Source: Myxococcota bacterium
Lineage (GTDB): Bacteria; Myxococcota_A; UBA9160; UBA4427
Length of the DNA stretch: 64,000 bases
Assembly: GCA_965250285.1 (NCBI GenBank)
Contig: OZ252299.1
Location: 1,824,001 to 1,888,000 of the forward strand
Direction of reading: 5' to 3'
Shown: piece after piece, positions 47,680 to 58,356 of the stretch
Layout: each line of letters begins with the position of its first letter
Numbering within the stretch: position 1 is the stretch's first letter
Notes under the pieces: model-generated
Database searches by the model: none
Told to the model about the DNA's origin: nothing
What the model saw: the letters and a program-made list of their open reading frames with translations, nothing else
Position numbers and translations under genes: made by a program

Positions 47680-49380
47680 ATGTCCGAGCCCCAGATCGCC
47701 GTCCCCGGCCCGACCCAGCCCCCGCGGGCGCGCCGGCAGGTTTTCAACAGCCTGTCGACGCGGGTCATCTTCTTCGTCTTTCTGTCGACGTTCCTGACGG
47801 CCCTCGTCGTCAGCTGGATCTCGATCCATGCGATCCACTCCCAGCTGCGGGCCGAGCTCGACCGGCGATTTCCCGCGATTCTCGAGGAGCGCGTCGACTC
47901 GATCGAGAGCCTGAGCCGAGAATTCGAGCGCCGGATCACGCGCGCAGGGGCCGACGAAGAGCTGGTCCGCGCCGTCTACCGGTCGCGCAAACCCGAGAAG
48001 CTCGCCGAGCTGCTCGAGACTCAGCTCTCGCAGATGCCGGGCTTCGACGCGCTCATGCTCCTCGACGAGAGAGGTGTGCCCGTCGCATCGGCCGGCCACG
48101 TCGACAGCGCGACGAGGCAGGCCTGTGTGCTCGCCCTCGACGGGGACCGCGCAGCGCGCACCCGCCGCACACCCCTGGTGATCGAGGACCCCGCTGGCGC
48201 GCCCGCGCGCGCCGTCGTGGTTTCGAGGCTCGACACGCCGGCCGGGCCCGGCGGCTGGATCGCCGGTCGCCACGGCTTCGAGCGCTTCGCCGCGGCGCTG
48301 CACACCCGACCGCACGAGGGCAGCGCACGGATCTCACTGGTCACCCAAGACGGTCGCGTGGTGGCGAGCGGCGACGACGCGGCGCGCGCCCGGATCCCGC
48401 CCGGTCGCCTCGCGCGTCTCGGCGCGGCCGGGGTCCACGAGTACACGAGCGACGACTCAGAACACGTGCTCGGCGCAGCGAAGCCCCTCCGCGACGAGCG
48501 CTTCACGCTGCTCGTCGAAGCCCCGTTCGACGTCGCATTCGCCCCAGTGCTCTCGGTGGTGAGTCGCATCTTCGTGAGCGACCTCGTCATCATCCTCGTG
48601 TTCAGCTTCCTCGCCTACAAGATCACCGCGGCGATCATGCAGCCGATTCGCGCGCTGTCCGACGGCGCGCAGCGCATCTCGCAGGGCGACTACGACCACG
48701 CGATTCCCGAATCCCGCGGCAACGACGAGATCGGACTGTTGATTCGCACCTTCAACGACATGCTCTCGCAGCTGCGCCGCAACTCGTCCGAGATCGACGA
48801 CGACCAACGTCGCCTCACCGAGCAGAACGAAGAGCTGCAGCGCGCCAACGAAGTGCTCGCCCAGCTCTCGATCACCGACGGGCTCACGAAGCTTCACAAT
48901 CACCGCTACTTCCAGGATCATTTGACGCGCGAGATCAAGCGCATCGGCCGCACGGGCGAGCCTTTGTCGATGATCCTGATGGATCTCGACGACTTCAAAC
49001 GCTTGAACGACCTCTACGGGCATGCCGCGGGCGACGAGCTGCTCGTCGGCGTCGCGAACATCCTCGTCGACACCGTGCGTGAGAGCGACCTGCTCGCGCG
49101 CTATGGCGGTGAGGAGTTCGTGATCCTCGCGACGGGCACCGAGCTCGAGGGCGCGATCGCGATGGCAGAGAAGATTCGCATGTCCGTCGAGACGTCGAGC
49201 CACATCGTCGACGACTCGATGCGACCGATCCGGGTCACGCTGTCGATCGGCGTCGCGGCCTATCGGGGTGATCGCCGTGTGTTCTTCCAGGCGGCAGATC
49301 GCGCGCTCTACGACGCGAAGGCGCAGGGCAAGAACTGTGTCATCGCGGCGAGCGAACCCGAAGACGACCTCGAGGCCTAG
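47680..49380 (+). CDS. Membrane-bound diguanylate cyclase (periplasmic sensor-HAMP-GGDEF)
   Basis: Two TMs, HAMP (PIRAL...DEIGLL..TFN), DGLTKLHN, RESD I-site, RYGGEEF. Confidence 0.93.
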   Translation: MSEPQIAVPGPTQPPRARRQVFNSLSTRVIFFVFLSTFLTALVVSWISIHAIHSQLRAELDRRFPAILEERVDSIESLSREFERRITRAGADEELVRAVYRSRKPEKLAELLETQLSQMPGFDALMLLDERGVPVASAGHVDSATRQACVLALDGDRAARTRRTPLVIEDPAGAPARAVVVSRLDTPAGPGGWIAGRHGFERFAAALHTRPHEGSARISLVTQDGRVVASGDDAARARIPPGRLARLGAAGVHEYTSDDSEHVLGAAKPLRDERFTLLVEAPFDVAFAPVLSVVSRIFVSDLVIILVFSFLAYKITAAIMQPIRALSDGAQRISQGDYDHAIPESRGNDEIGLLIRTFNDMLSQLRRNSSEIDDDQRRLTEQNEELQRANEVLAQLSITDGLTKLHNHRYFQDHLTREIKRIGRTGEPLSMILMDLDDFKRLNDLYGHAAGDELLVGVANILVDTVRESDLLARYGGEEFVILATGTELEGAIAMAEKIRMSVETSSHIVDDSMRPIRVTLSIGVAAYRGDRRVFFQAADRALYDAKAQGKNCVIAASEPEDDLEA

Positions 49381-49424
49381 CGGCTGCGGTTGAGCGCAAG
49401 GCGCCAGCCTGCGATGCTCGGGCC

Positions 49425-50087
49425 ATGACTCCCATCGTCGGACTCTCGGGCGGCATCGGCTCGGGCAAGAGCACCGTGAGCAGCATGCTGGACGAGCTCG
49501 GCGCGTTGATCGTCGACGCCGACGCGATCGTCCACGAGCTGCAGGCGCCGGGCATGCCCCTGCTGCGCCAGATCGCCGAGGCATTCGGCGATGAGATGAT
49601 CGATGAGAACGGGGCGCTCGACCGGGCCGCGCTCGGGGCCGTGGTCTTTCGGGACCCCGGCGCGCGCCGCACGCTCGGCGAGATCATGCATCCGCCGGTG
49701 ATCGCCGAGATGGTGCGCCGCACCGATCAAGGGGGGCAGGATCGCCACCCGCTCGTCGTCCTCGACATCCCCCTGCTCTTCGAAGGCAAGCAGGCCGGCA
49801 CCGGTAGTGCGGTCGCGTTCGACTACGACGCGTTGGTGGCCGTCTGGGTGCCACGGCAGCTTCAGATCCAGCGCACGATGGCCCGCGACGGCTGCGACGA
49901 GGCCGAAGCCGAGCGCCGCGTCAACGCACAGCTCGACATCGACGAGAAGCGCCGCATGGCGACGCACGTGATCGACAACTCGGGCACGGTCGACGACACC
50001 CTGCGCCAGGTCGAAGCGCTGTACGACGAGCTGGCATGGATCGCGGCGCACCCGGGCGAAGACGCCGGAGAGCAACGAACCGACTGA
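49425..50087 (+). CDS. coaE: Dephospho-CoA kinase
   Basis: VGLSGGIGSGKSTV, DADAIVH, LDRAALG, DIPLLFE. Confidence 0.95.
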   Translation: MTPIVGLSGGIGSGKSTVSSMLDELGALIVDADAIVHELQAPGMPLLRQIAEAFGDEMIDENGALDRAALGAVVFRDPGARRTLGEIMHPPVIAEMVRRTDQGGQDRHPLVVLDIPLLFEGKQAGTGSAVAFDYDALVAVWVPRQLQIQRTMARDGCDEAEAERRVNAQLDIDEKRRMATHVIDNSGTVDDTLRQVEALYDELAWIAAHPGEDAGEQRTD

Positions 50088-50122
50088 CGCCGAAGCGGAA
50101 GCTGAAGTGGGGGTGGTTCGGC

Positions 50123-50518
50123 CTACGAGACCTCGAGGTCGTACGTCGGCACTCGCTCGGAAGACTCGAGCACGAACTGGAACACGTGCGCGCCGATCTC
50201 GATGCGATCGCCGTGCTTGAGGTCGGCCGCATCGACGCGGCTGCCGTTGACGGCAATGCCGTTGGTGCTGCCCATGTCGCGGACGCGCACGCCTCGGTCG
50301 GCCGGCTCGAACGCAGCATGCACCTTCGACATCGCCGGGTCGGTCACCTGGATGTCGACGCCGGGCCCACGGCCCACGGTCACACCGTTCTCGAGAATCT
50401 CGTGCTCGGCCCCCGCACTCGATCCCTCGAGCACGATCAGCGTCGCGCGATGCGTCGCCAGGAAGACTCGCCCGAGCGCCTCGCCGCGGGGCAGCCGGGT
50501 GGTGTGTCCGTCTTTCAT
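50123..50518 (-). CDS. Stand-alone FHA domain protein
   Basis: VGRG, MSKVHA, DMGSTNG, LKHGDRIEIG. Confidence 0.9.
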   Translation of the reverse strand: MKDGHTTRLPRGEALGRVFLATHRATLIVLEGSSAGAEHEILENGVTVGRGPGVDIQVTDPAMSKVHAAFEPADRGVRVRDMGSTNGIAVNGSRVDAADLKHGDRIEIGAHVFQFVLESSERVPTYDLEVS

Positions 50519-50575
50519 GGAAGATTCCTCTCACGGCCGATCAGAGGGGTGCACTCACAGGGGCCGCACGCCCTG

Positions 50576-50602
50576 CATCGGAAAAGCCGACGTTCGTCTT
50601 GA
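50576..50602 (-). promoter_or_regulatory. Putative sigma28-like promoter
   Basis: TCAAG-N15-TCCGATG upstream of the FHA gene. Confidence 0.55.
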
Positions 50603-50679
50603 GAGGGGGGAGACGCCGATCGGCCCTGCGCCGGGCACGCACGCACGAGAGGCCGCTCGAGGCGTCTTCGCGGGCGTAT

Positions 50680-51477
50680 TCAGGCCTTGAGCGGCGCCTT
50701 CAGCTCGCTCACCAGTTTGGCCACGGCGTCGACCGCCGCGTCGCGATTCGGCGCACGCTCGATCACGTCGACGAAGGCCGAGCCGACGACGACGCCGTCA
50801 GCGAAAGCGCCGACGCGGGCTGCGTGCTCGGGCTTCGAGATGCCGAACCCGACGCAGACCGGTACATCGCCCGCCTGCTTGGCGCGGGTCACGTTCTGCT
50901 CGATGCCGTCCGCGAGCTCGGTGCGCGCACCGGTCACACCCTGCAGCGAGACGTAGTAGAGGAAGCCGCGGGTCTCTCGAACGAGGCGCTCGAGTCGGGC
51001 GGGCGGCGTGGTGGGACTCGCGAGCAGCACGGGATCGACACCGCGCGCTCGACACGGAACAAAGAAGGGCTCGCCCTCTTCCGGCGGCAGGTCGGGAATG
51101 ATGATCCCGTCGACGCCGGCCACCGCCGCGCGCTCGGCGAAGGCCTCGGCGCCCATCGCGTGCAGCGGGTTCGCGTACCCCATCAGCAGGAGCGGCGTAT
51201 CGATCTCGCTGCGCAGTCGCGTGACGAGCTCGAGAATCGCGCGCAGACTCGTCCCCTGCGCGAGCGCCCGCTCACTGGCGCGTTGAATCGTCGGCCCCTC
51301 GGCGATCGGATCCGAGAACGGCACGCCGATCTCGATCAGGTCGGCGCCGCTCTCGACCATCGCCATCACGATCGCCGCCGTGGTCTCGAGATCTGGATCA
51401 CCCGCGGTGAGAAAGGGAACGAGCGCCTTTTCACCCCGCTCTCGGAGTGCGTCGAACGTCGCTTCGATCCGGCTCAT
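50680..51477 (-). CDS. trpA: Tryptophan synthase alpha chain
   Basis: [44 protein letters not shown]. Confidence 0.97.
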   Translation of the reverse strand: MSRIEATFDALRERGEKALVPFLTAGDPDLETTAAIVMAMVESGADLIEIGVPFSDPIAEGPTIQRASERALAQGTSLRAILELVTRLRSEIDTPLLLMGYANPLHAMGAEAFAERAAVAGVDGIIIPDLPPEEGEPFFVPCRARGVDPVLLASPTTPPARLERLVRETRGFLYYVSLQGVTGARTELADGIEQNVTRAKQAGDVPVCVGFGISKPEHAARVGAFADGVVVGSAFVDVIERAPNRDAAVDAVAKLVSELKAPLKA

Positions 51478-52709
51478 GTGCGTTTCCGCCCGGGATGACC
51501 GGCATGGAGCGGGCTGCGCCCGTCCCGCTCGAGGATGTCGCGCACCTCGGCGACGTCCTTGTCGCCCCGGCCCGACAGGTTGATCACGATGATCGCATCC
51601 TTCGAGAGCTGGGCCGCGAGCTTGCGCGCGTGCGCGATGGCGTGGGCCGATTCGAGCGCGGGGATGATCCCCTCGGTCTGCGAGAGATACAGGAAGGCAT
51701 CGAGCGCCTCGTCGTCGGTCACGACCTCGTACTCGGCGCGTCCGACGTCGCGCAGGAACGCGTGCTCGGGACCGACGCCCGGATAGTCGAGGCCTGCCGA
51801 GATCGAGTGGGCCGGACAGATCTGGCCGTCGTCGTCGCTCAGCACGTAGGTGCGCTTGCCGTGGAAGATCGCGGGGACACCCTCGGCCAGGGTCGCGCCG
51901 TGTCGATTCGTCTGCAGCCCCTCTCCGCCGGGCTCGACGCCGATGAGTCGCACCGCGTCGTCCTCGACGAACGGGTGAAAGAGGCCCATCGCGTTCGAAC
52001 CGCCGCCCACGCAGGCCAAGCACGCGTCGGGCAGGCGTCCTTCCACCTCGAGGATCTGCGCGCGGGCCTCGACACCGATGACCCGCTGGAAGTCTCGGAC
52101 CAGTGTCGGATACGGGTGCGGGCCCATCACCGAGCCGACGCAGTAGTACGTCGTCTCGACGTTCGTCACCCAGTCGCGCATCGCCTCGTTGATGGCGTCC
52201 TTGAGGGTCCTCGAGCCGTTCTCGACCGGCGTGCAGGTCGCGCCGAGCAGCTCCATGCGGAACACGTTGAGCGCCTGACGCCGCACGTCTTCGGCGCCCA
52301 TGTACACCTCGCACTCGAGGCCCAGCAGTGCACACGCGGTCGCGGTGGCGGTGCCGTGCTGGCCCGCGCCGGTCTCGGCGATCACGCGAGGCTTGCCCAT
52401 GTACTTCGCGAGCAGCGCCTGACCGAGCACGTTGTTGATCTTGTGCGCGCCGGTGTGCGCGAGATCCTCGCGCTTCAAGTAGATCTTCGCGCCGCCGACA
52501 TCGGCGGTCATGCGCTCGGCCAGGGTGAGCGGGGTCGGGCGGCCCGCGTATGTGCTCAACAGGTGATCGAGCTCTTCGCGGTACGCCTTCGACTGCAGGA
52601 TCGTCTCGCACGCCTCGTTCAACTCGTCGAGGGCGGTCATCAACATCTCGGGGACGTAGCGCCCGCCGAACTCACCGAACTTGCCGTAGGCGTCGGCTTC
52701 ACTCTTCAT
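51474..52709 (-). CDS. trpB: Tryptophan synthase beta chain
   Basis: [50 protein letters not shown]. Confidence 0.98.
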   Translation of the reverse strand: MKSEADAYGKFGEFGGRYVPEMLMTALDELNEACETILQSKAYREELDHLLSTYAGRPTPLTLAERMTADVGGAKIYLKREDLAHTGAHKINNVLGQALLAKYMGKPRVIAETGAGQHGTATATACALLGLECEVYMGAEDVRRQALNVFRMELLGATCTPVENGSRTLKDAINEAMRDWVTNVETTYYCVGSVMGPHPYPTLVRDFQRVIGVEARAQILEVEGRLPDACLACVGGGSNAMGLFHPFVEDDAVRLIGVEPGGEGLQTNRHGATLAEGVPAIFHGKRTYVLSDDDGQICPAHSISAGLDYPGVGPEHAFLRDVGRAEYEVVTDDEALDAFLYLSQTEGIIPALESAHAIAHARKLAAQLSKDAIIVINLSGRGDKDVAEVRDILERDGRSPLHAGHPGRKRT

Positions 52710-52791
52710 GGCTTGACTCTCTCTCTCTTTGCTCCGACCTGCTGCTTCGCACGTTCGGTGGTTCGCACGGCCCGTCCGGCGAGCCTGCCCC

Positions 52792-53445
52792 CTAGGCCTC
52801 GATGTGCTCGACGGTCTCGGGATCCTCGGCGCCGCGCACCGCGGCCACGAAGGCCTTCATCAAGGCCGGATCCTTGCTGTGCTGATCGCCTTCGACCCCG
52901 GTGGCGACATCGACGCCCCAGGGCGGCAGGTCACCGACATCGGCGAGCGCCTCGGCGACGTTCTCGGGGTTCAGCCCGCCGGCGATGATAATGTCCTGGC
53001 CCGTGGCGATCAGGTTCTCGGCCTCGCTCCAATCCCACGACTGCCCCTGCCCCCCGCCGCTGTGCGGGTGGTCGAGCAACAGGATCGCGCTCGGGAACGC
53101 CTCGGCGGCCTCGGCGTCGGCGCCGCGAATCGCCTTGATCGCGGGGAGATCGATCGACTCGAGCTCCTCCTCGGACTCCTCGCCGTGGAATTGAACGCGC
53201 TCGAAGTCGCAGACGCGCAACACCTTGTCGATCTCGTCCCAGGTCGCGTCCCGAAAGACGGCGACGCGCTCGACGGGCGCATCGGCGATCGCCTCGCAGA
53301 TCGCCTGAGCCGCGTGGACGTCGACGTAGCGCGGACTCTCGCGGACAAAGTTGACGCCGATCAGGTCGGCCCCGGCCTCGACGGCCGCCAGCGCCTCTTC
53401 GGGCGACCGGATTCCACAGATCTTGATGCGAACGTTTCCGCTCAC
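52792..53445 (-). CDS. trpF: Phosphoribosylanthranilate isomerase
   Basis: [36 protein letters not shown]. Confidence 0.95.
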   Translation of the reverse strand: MSGNVRIKICGIRSPEEALAAVEAGADLIGVNFVRESPRYVDVHAAQAICEAIADAPVERVAVFRDATWDEIDKVLRVCDFERVQFHGEESEEELESIDLPAIKAIRGADAEAAEAFPSAILLLDHPHSGGGQGQSWDWSEAENLIATGQDIIIAGGLNPENVAEALADVGDLPPWGVDVATGVEGDQHSKDPALMKAFVAAVRGAEDPETVEHIEA

Positions 53446-54233
53446 GGGACCCTCCGAAGTTCTTCGAGTGCCTGGGTGACATCGCCCTGACGCATCAGCG
53501 ATTCGCCGACCAGGAACGCCTCTGCGCCGTGGTCGAGGAGCCGACGGACATCCGCCGAGCTCGCAATTCCGCTCTCGGCGACGAAGAGCACGTCGCGGCC
53601 GGGCGGCAGCGCCGCCGCCACCCGCTCGGTCGTCGCCAGGTCGGTTTCGAACGTTCGCAGGTCACGGTTGTTCACTCCGACGAGGTCGGCGCCGGCCGCG
53701 AGAGCGACTTCGAGCTCACGCTCGTCGTGCACCTCGACCAGCACGTCGAGCCCCAGCTTGCGTGCATGGGCGTGAAGCGCGCTCACCTCTTCGGCCGCGA
53801 GCGCGGCCACGATGAGCAGCACCGCGTCGGCACCGGCCACCCGCGCCTCGTCGACCTGATACGCGTCGACGACGAAATCCTTGCGCAGCAGCGGCAGCGA
53901 TACGGCACTGCGCACCTTCGAGAGATAGTCGAGATGCCCCCCGAAGTACGTCGCGTCCGTCAGTACAGAGAGACAGGCCGCCCCGCCATCGGCGTACGCC
54001 CGCGCCAGAGAAACGGGTTCGAAATCCTCGCGGATCAGCCCTTTGCTCGGTGAACGGCGCTTCAGCTCGGCGATGATCGAGGGCGGCTCGCCCTCGCGCA
54101 GTGCGGCGCGAAACCCGCGCGGGCCGTCGCTCACGTTCGCGGCACGCTCGGCCATCTCGTCGTCACCGACCCGCGCGCGCGCCGACGCCAGCTCGTCGCG
54201 CTTCGTCGCGAGAATGTCGTCGAGGATGCTCAC
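53442..54233 (-). CDS. trpC: Indole-3-glycerol phosphate synthase
   Basis: IAELKRRSPSKG, LSVLTD, LRKDF, GVNNRDL, AESGI, LVGESLM. Confidence 0.97.
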   Translation of the reverse strand: MSILDDILATKRDELASARARVGDDEMAERAANVSDGPRGFRAALREGEPPSIIAELKRRSPSKGLIREDFEPVSLARAYADGGAACLSVLTDATYFGGHLDYLSKVRSAVSLPLLRKDFVVDAYQVDEARVAGADAVLLIVAALAAEEVSALHAHARKLGLDVLVEVHDERELEVALAAGADLVGVNNRDLRTFETDLATTERVAAALPPGRDVLFVAESGIASSADVRRLLDHGAEAFLVGESLMRQGDVTQALEELRRVP

Positions 54234-55246
54234 GCTGCCTCCCGGGTGGCCTGGATCAGCTGTTCGAGCTTGTGCGCCGCCTGTCCCGAGTCAATGCTCT
54301 GCGCAGCTTGCTCGATCCCGACGGACAGATCCGATGCGCGACCCGCAACCCACAAGACGGCGGCGGCATTGAGCAGCACGATGTCCCGGCGCGCCCCCTC
54401 CTCGCCGGCGAGCACGCCGCGCAGCATCGCCGCGTTGGCCGTCGCATCGGCACCTGCCAGAGCGCCCGGCAAAGAGAGTGCGAGCCCGAGGGTCTCGGGC
54501 TTGACCTCCAGCTCGGTCACGCTCCGGCCGTCGAAGTAGGCCGCGCGGCTCGGGCCCGTCGTGGTGAGCTCGTCCATCCCGTCCGAACCGTGAACGACCA
54601 ATGCACGCTCGGCGCCGAGCGCACCGAGCGCCTCGGCGAGGGGGCGCACCAGAGCGTCGTCGTAGACCCCGACGACCTGCCGCCGGGCACCGGCCGGGTT
54701 GAGGAGCGGCCCGAGCGCGTTGATCACCGTGCGCACACCGAGCTCGGAGCGCACCGGTGCGAGGTGCTTGAACGCCGGGTGTGCGGTGCGCGCGAAGAAA
54801 GGCGCAATGCCAATGCGCTCGAGGATCTCGCCGCACGTCGAGATCGGCAGGTCGATGCGCACACCGAGCTCTTCGAACGTGTCGAAGCTGCCGCTGCGGC
54901 TCGACGCAGCTCGGTTGCCGTGCTTGGCGACGGGGACGCCCGCGCCGGCGACGACGAACGCGACCGTGGTCGAGATGTTGAACGTGTCGATCCCCGTACC
55001 GCCCGTTCCGCAGCAGTCGACGGGCGCGACGTTCACCTCGGTGCGCTCGGCCACCGCGCGCAGAGCGCGGGCGATGGCGACCAGCTCGTCGACCGTCTCG
55101 CCCTTCATGCGCAGGCCCACGAGCAGTCCGGCGACCTGCGCCTTGGGCGCATCGCCCTGCATGATCTCGCCGAAGGCGGCTTCGAGGACGGCCGGCGCGA
55201 CGTCGGCCCCCTCTACCACCGTGCTCAGCGCCTCGCGGACACTCAT
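54230..55246 (-). CDS. trpD: Anthranilate phosphoribosyltransferase
   Basis: [33 protein letters not shown]. Confidence 0.96.
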   Translation of the reverse strand: MSVREALSTVVEGADVAPAVLEAAFGEIMQGDAPKAQVAGLLVGLRMKGETVDELVAIARALRAVAERTEVNVAPVDCCGTGGTGIDTFNISTTVAFVVAGAGVPVAKHGNRAASSRSGSFDTFEELGVRIDLPISTCGEILERIGIAPFFARTAHPAFKHLAPVRSELGVRTVINALGPLLNPAGARRQVVGVYDDALVRPLAEALGALGAERALVVHGSDGMDELTTTGPSRAAYFDGRSVTELEVKPETLGLALSLPGALAGADATANAAMLRGVLAGEEGARRDIVLLNAAAVLWVAGRASDLSVGIEQAAQSIDSGQAAHKLEQLIQATREAA

Positions 55247-55833
55247 GCCGAGGCCGCCTCCCGACATCGGTCGACGAAGTTCTGCAGCAGCGCCTTGCCC
55301 GGCTGGGTCAGGATCGACTCGGGATGAAACTGCACGCCCTCGATGGGGAGCTCGCGGTGGCGAACGCCCATGATCTCGCCGTCGTCGGTCTGGGCCGTCG
55401 ACTCGAGCACGTGCGGCAGCGAGCTCGGCTCGATCACCAGGGAGTGGTAGCGCGTCGCCTCGAACGGCTGCGGCAGCCCTCGGAACACGCCTCGGTCGTC
55501 ATGCTCGATGCGCGACGTCTTGCCGTGCATGATCGATCGCGCGCGCACGATCTTGCCGCCGAAGGCCTGGCCGATCGACTGGTGGCCGAGGCAAACGCCG
55601 AAGACGGGGATCCCGGCCTCCGCGAAGCACGTCACGCATTCGACCGAGACCCCGGCGTCGTCGGGATTGCCGGGCCCGGGCGAGATCACCAGCCCGCCCG
55701 GCTTTCGCGCAAGCAGCTGCTCGACCGTCTCGACGTCGTTGCGCACGACGTCGGTCTCGATGCCGAGCTCGCCCAGATACTGGACGAGGTTGTAGGTGAA
55801 CGAGTCGTAGTTATCGATCATCAGCAGGCGCAT
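55243..55833 (-). CDS. trpG: Anthranilate synthase component II (glutamine amidotransferase)
   Basis: [34 protein letters not shown]. Confidence 0.96.
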   Translation of the reverse strand: MRLLMIDNYDSFTYNLVQYLGELGIETDVVRNDVETVEQLLARKPGGLVISPGPGNPDDAGVSVECVTCFAEAGIPVFGVCLGHQSIGQAFGGKIVRARSIMHGKTSRIEHDDRGVFRGLPQPFEATRYHSLVIEPSSLPHVLESTAQTDDGEIMGVRHRELPIEGVQFHPESILTQPGKALLQNFVDRCREAASA

Positions 55834-55957
55834 CGTTCGCCCCGCTCGCCTCGGTCGCCGACCCCTCGCAGGCCGATCGTTCGGCTCTCGATCCCGTCGC
55901 TCACTCTCTGCTGTGCACGCGCCATCTCATTCGGATGCCGCATCTCTCCCCGGCGCA

Positions 55958-57445
55958 TCAGTCGATCCCCTCACGGGCAAGATCGATCGCCTGGAGCACG
56001 GCGCGCGCCTTGTTGATGCACTCGTCGAACTCCATCTCGGGCTGACTGTCGGCGACGATGCCCGCCCCCGATTGCAGCGAGATGACCCCGTCGTTCACGA
56101 CCATCGTGCGGATCGTGATCGCCATGTCCATGTTGCCCGAGTAGTCGACGTAGCCGACGCACCCGCCATAGGGCCCACGCCGTACGGTCTCGAGCTCGTC
56201 GATGATCTCCATCGCACGCACCTTGGGCGCCCCGCTCAGGGTGCCGGCGGGGAACGTGGCCCGCAGCACATCGAGCCAATCCTGCCCGGGTCGCAGCTCG
56301 CCCTGCACGTTCGACACGATGTGCATCACGTGGCTGTAGCGCTCGATGATGGCGTACTCGTTCACGTGCACGCTGCCGATCTCGGCGATGCGACCGACGT
56401 CGTTGCGGCCCAGGTCGACCAGCATCACGTGCTCGCTGCGCTCCTTGTCGTCCGCGAGCAGCTCGTCCTCGAGCGCGTGGTCTTCTTCGGGCGTCGCGCC
56501 GCGCTTGCGGGTGCCCGCGATCGGACGCACGTCGACCTGGCCCTCCTCGAGACGCACGAGGATCTCGGGCGAGCTGCCGACGAGCACCGCGTCCTCCATC
56601 CGAACGAAGAGCAGATAGGGGCTCGGATTGATCGCCCGCAGGTGCCGATAGATCAGAAAGGGGTCGACCTGCAGCGGCATCCGGAACTGCTGCGCCAGCA
56701 CCACCTGAAAGATGTCGCCCGCCTCGATGTACTCCTTCGCCCGCTTCACGATGTCGTGGTACTGCGACTCGGGCATGCTGCGCTCGACGTCCATCGGCGC
56801 ACGCACGGGCTCGTTCGTGGCGATCGTGGGCATCGGCTCGCGCAGCTTGCGCACCGTGGCCTCGACGCCCGCCAGCGCCTCGTCGTAGCGTGCGCCCACG
56901 TCGTCGCCTTCGTCGACGCGCACGTGGCGGACGATCAGCGCGTGATGTCGCACGTTGTCGTACACGACGACCGTCTCGGGCAGACTGAACCAGAGATCGG
57001 GCAGCCCGATCTTGTCGGGGTTGTCGTCGGGGAGCTTCTCGACGAAGCGCACCCAGTCGTAGCCGACCATGCCGACGGCGCCGCCGATGAAGCGTGGCAG
57101 CTCTTCGCCCGCCGGCAGCACGGCGGTGATCGACGCGAGGTAGTCGCGCAACACCTCGAGCGGGTCGCCGTCGACGCGCGAGCGCGTGGTCTCGCCATGC
57201 TCGACCCACTCGACATCGCGTCCGCGCGCGCGGAAGATCGCCCGCGACCCCGCGCCAATGAAGCTGTAGCGGGCCCACTTCTCACCGCCCTCGACGGACT
57301 CGAGCAGAAAGCTCGTTCGCCCGTCATCGAGGCGGTGAAAGATCGAAAGCGGCGTATCGAGGTCGGCAAGGATCTCGCGCACCACCGGCACCATGTTGCC
57401 GTGCTGGGCGAGCTCGACGAACTCCTCGCGGGACGGGCGGAGCAA
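55958..57445 (-). CDS. trpE: Anthranilate synthase component I
   Basis: FLLESV, GDIFQVV, NPSPY, SSPE, EHVMLVDLGRND, PAGTLSGAPK, GAGIVADS. Confidence 0.96.
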   Translation of the reverse strand: MLRPSREEFVELAQHGNMVPVVREILADLDTPLSIFHRLDDGRTSFLLESVEGGEKWARYSFIGAGSRAIFRARGRDVEWVEHGETTRSRVDGDPLEVLRDYLASITAVLPAGEELPRFIGGAVGMVGYDWVRFVEKLPDDNPDKIGLPDLWFSLPETVVVYDNVRHHALIVRHVRVDEGDDVGARYDEALAGVEATVRKLREPMPTIATNEPVRAPMDVERSMPESQYHDIVKRAKEYIEAGDIFQVVLAQQFRMPLQVDPFLIYRHLRAINPSPYLLFVRMEDAVLVGSSPEILVRLEEGQVDVRPIAGTRKRGATPEEDHALEDELLADDKERSEHVMLVDLGRNDVGRIAEIGSVHVNEYAIIERYSHVMHIVSNVQGELRPGQDWLDVLRATFPAGTLSGAPKVRAMEIIDELETVRRGPYGGCVGYVDYSGNMDMAITIRTMVVNDGVISLQSGAGIVADSQPEMEFDECINKARAVLQAIDLAREGID

Positions 57446-57528
57446 GGCTTCCTCGGCGGGCGCGGGGGCCGGAACCGGCCCGTGGATCTCACGGGACCGT
57501 TGCGGGCGGGGGGCCGAAAACCCGTTAG

Positions 57529-57557
57529 AGACTAGGGGGTTGACCCGCCAAGATCAA
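57529..57557 (-). promoter_or_regulatory. Sigma70-type promoter of the trp operon
   Basis: TTGATC-N17-TAGTCT on the minus strand. Confidence 0.55.
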
Positions 57558-57585
57558 GCTGGACACCGATCGGCGGCCCGGCTCG

Positions 57586-58251
57586 TCAGGCCGCCACCTC
57601 GAGGCTCGCGCTGAGGGTCTCGACGTCGGCCGCGACCAGCACGTCGTCGACGAGCCGTACGAGCTTGCGGTCGAGCAGCAGATGGAGCGCGCGGTGCGTC
57701 TCGAGCATCGTCAGACCGGTCTCGGCGGCGAGGCCGCGCAGATTCGTCTCGATGCGGATCCCGTGCTCGGGGTCCTGCTGGGCGCCCCGCACGAGCGCCC
57801 GCACCAGCGGCCGCAGCAGATCGTCGACGCCGAGCGCCGCGAGCCGCCGCTCCGACTCCTTCAGGCGGGCCGACATGCGGCTGATGATGCGGATCGCGAT
57901 CTCGGGTCGCTCGACGCACATGGCCTCGAGGGTCTCCCCGTCGAGCGCGAGCAGGCGCGACGGCTTGACCGCGATCGCGCGGGCCGTGCGCGGCTCGCCG
58001 AGCACGACGCTCATCTCGCCGAAGAACTCTCCGGGCCCAAGCCGCGCGACGGTGCGCCGGCCGACGGTCGATCCACGGTCGAGCTCGACCTCGCCGGCCT
58101 GCACGATGAAGAACGTGTCGCCCGCGTCGCCCTCTTCGAAGATCGTCTCGCCGACGTCATAGCTGCGCTCGAAGCTGTCCCGAACGAGGACTTCGGTGTT
58201 CTGGCCCAGGGCTCCGCCCTCCCGCAGGCGCCCGGACGGCCCTGCGTCCAT
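57586..58251 (-). CDS. Cyclic nucleotide-binding (Crp/Fnr-like) protein
   Basis: IFEEGDAG..FFIVQAG.V...LGPGEFFGEMSV...PRTARA; possible C-terminal wHTH; start may be CTG 58209. Confidence 0.85.
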   Translation of the reverse strand: MDAGPSGRLREGGALGQNTEVLVRDSFERSYDVGETIFEEGDAGDTFFIVQAGEVELDRGSTVGRRTVARLGPGEFFGEMSVVLGEPRTARAIAVKPSRLLALDGETLEAMCVERPEIAIRIISRMSARLKESERRLAALGVDDLLRPLVRALVRGAQQDPEHGIRIETNLRGLAAETGLTMLETHRALHLLLDRKLVRLVDDVLVAADVETLSASLEVAA

Positions 58252-58254
58252 CCG

Positions 58255-58281
58255 AATCGTCTGGATGGGCGTCCCGCTTGA
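58255..58281 (-). promoter_or_regulatory. Putative sigma28-like promoter
   Basis: TCAAG-N15-GACGATT upstream of the cNMP-binding gene. Confidence 0.5.
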
Positions 58282-58356
58282 GTCGTGCTCGACCGCACGA
58301 TGCAGACCGATTCGGCTGGGACTGCGTCTGCTGCAGGCCGGCGCGACCCGGCGCGC

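Noticed and set aside
57446..57585. trp leader peptide or attenuator
   Set aside because: No Trp-codon leader ORF or U-tract terminator between the promoter and trpE
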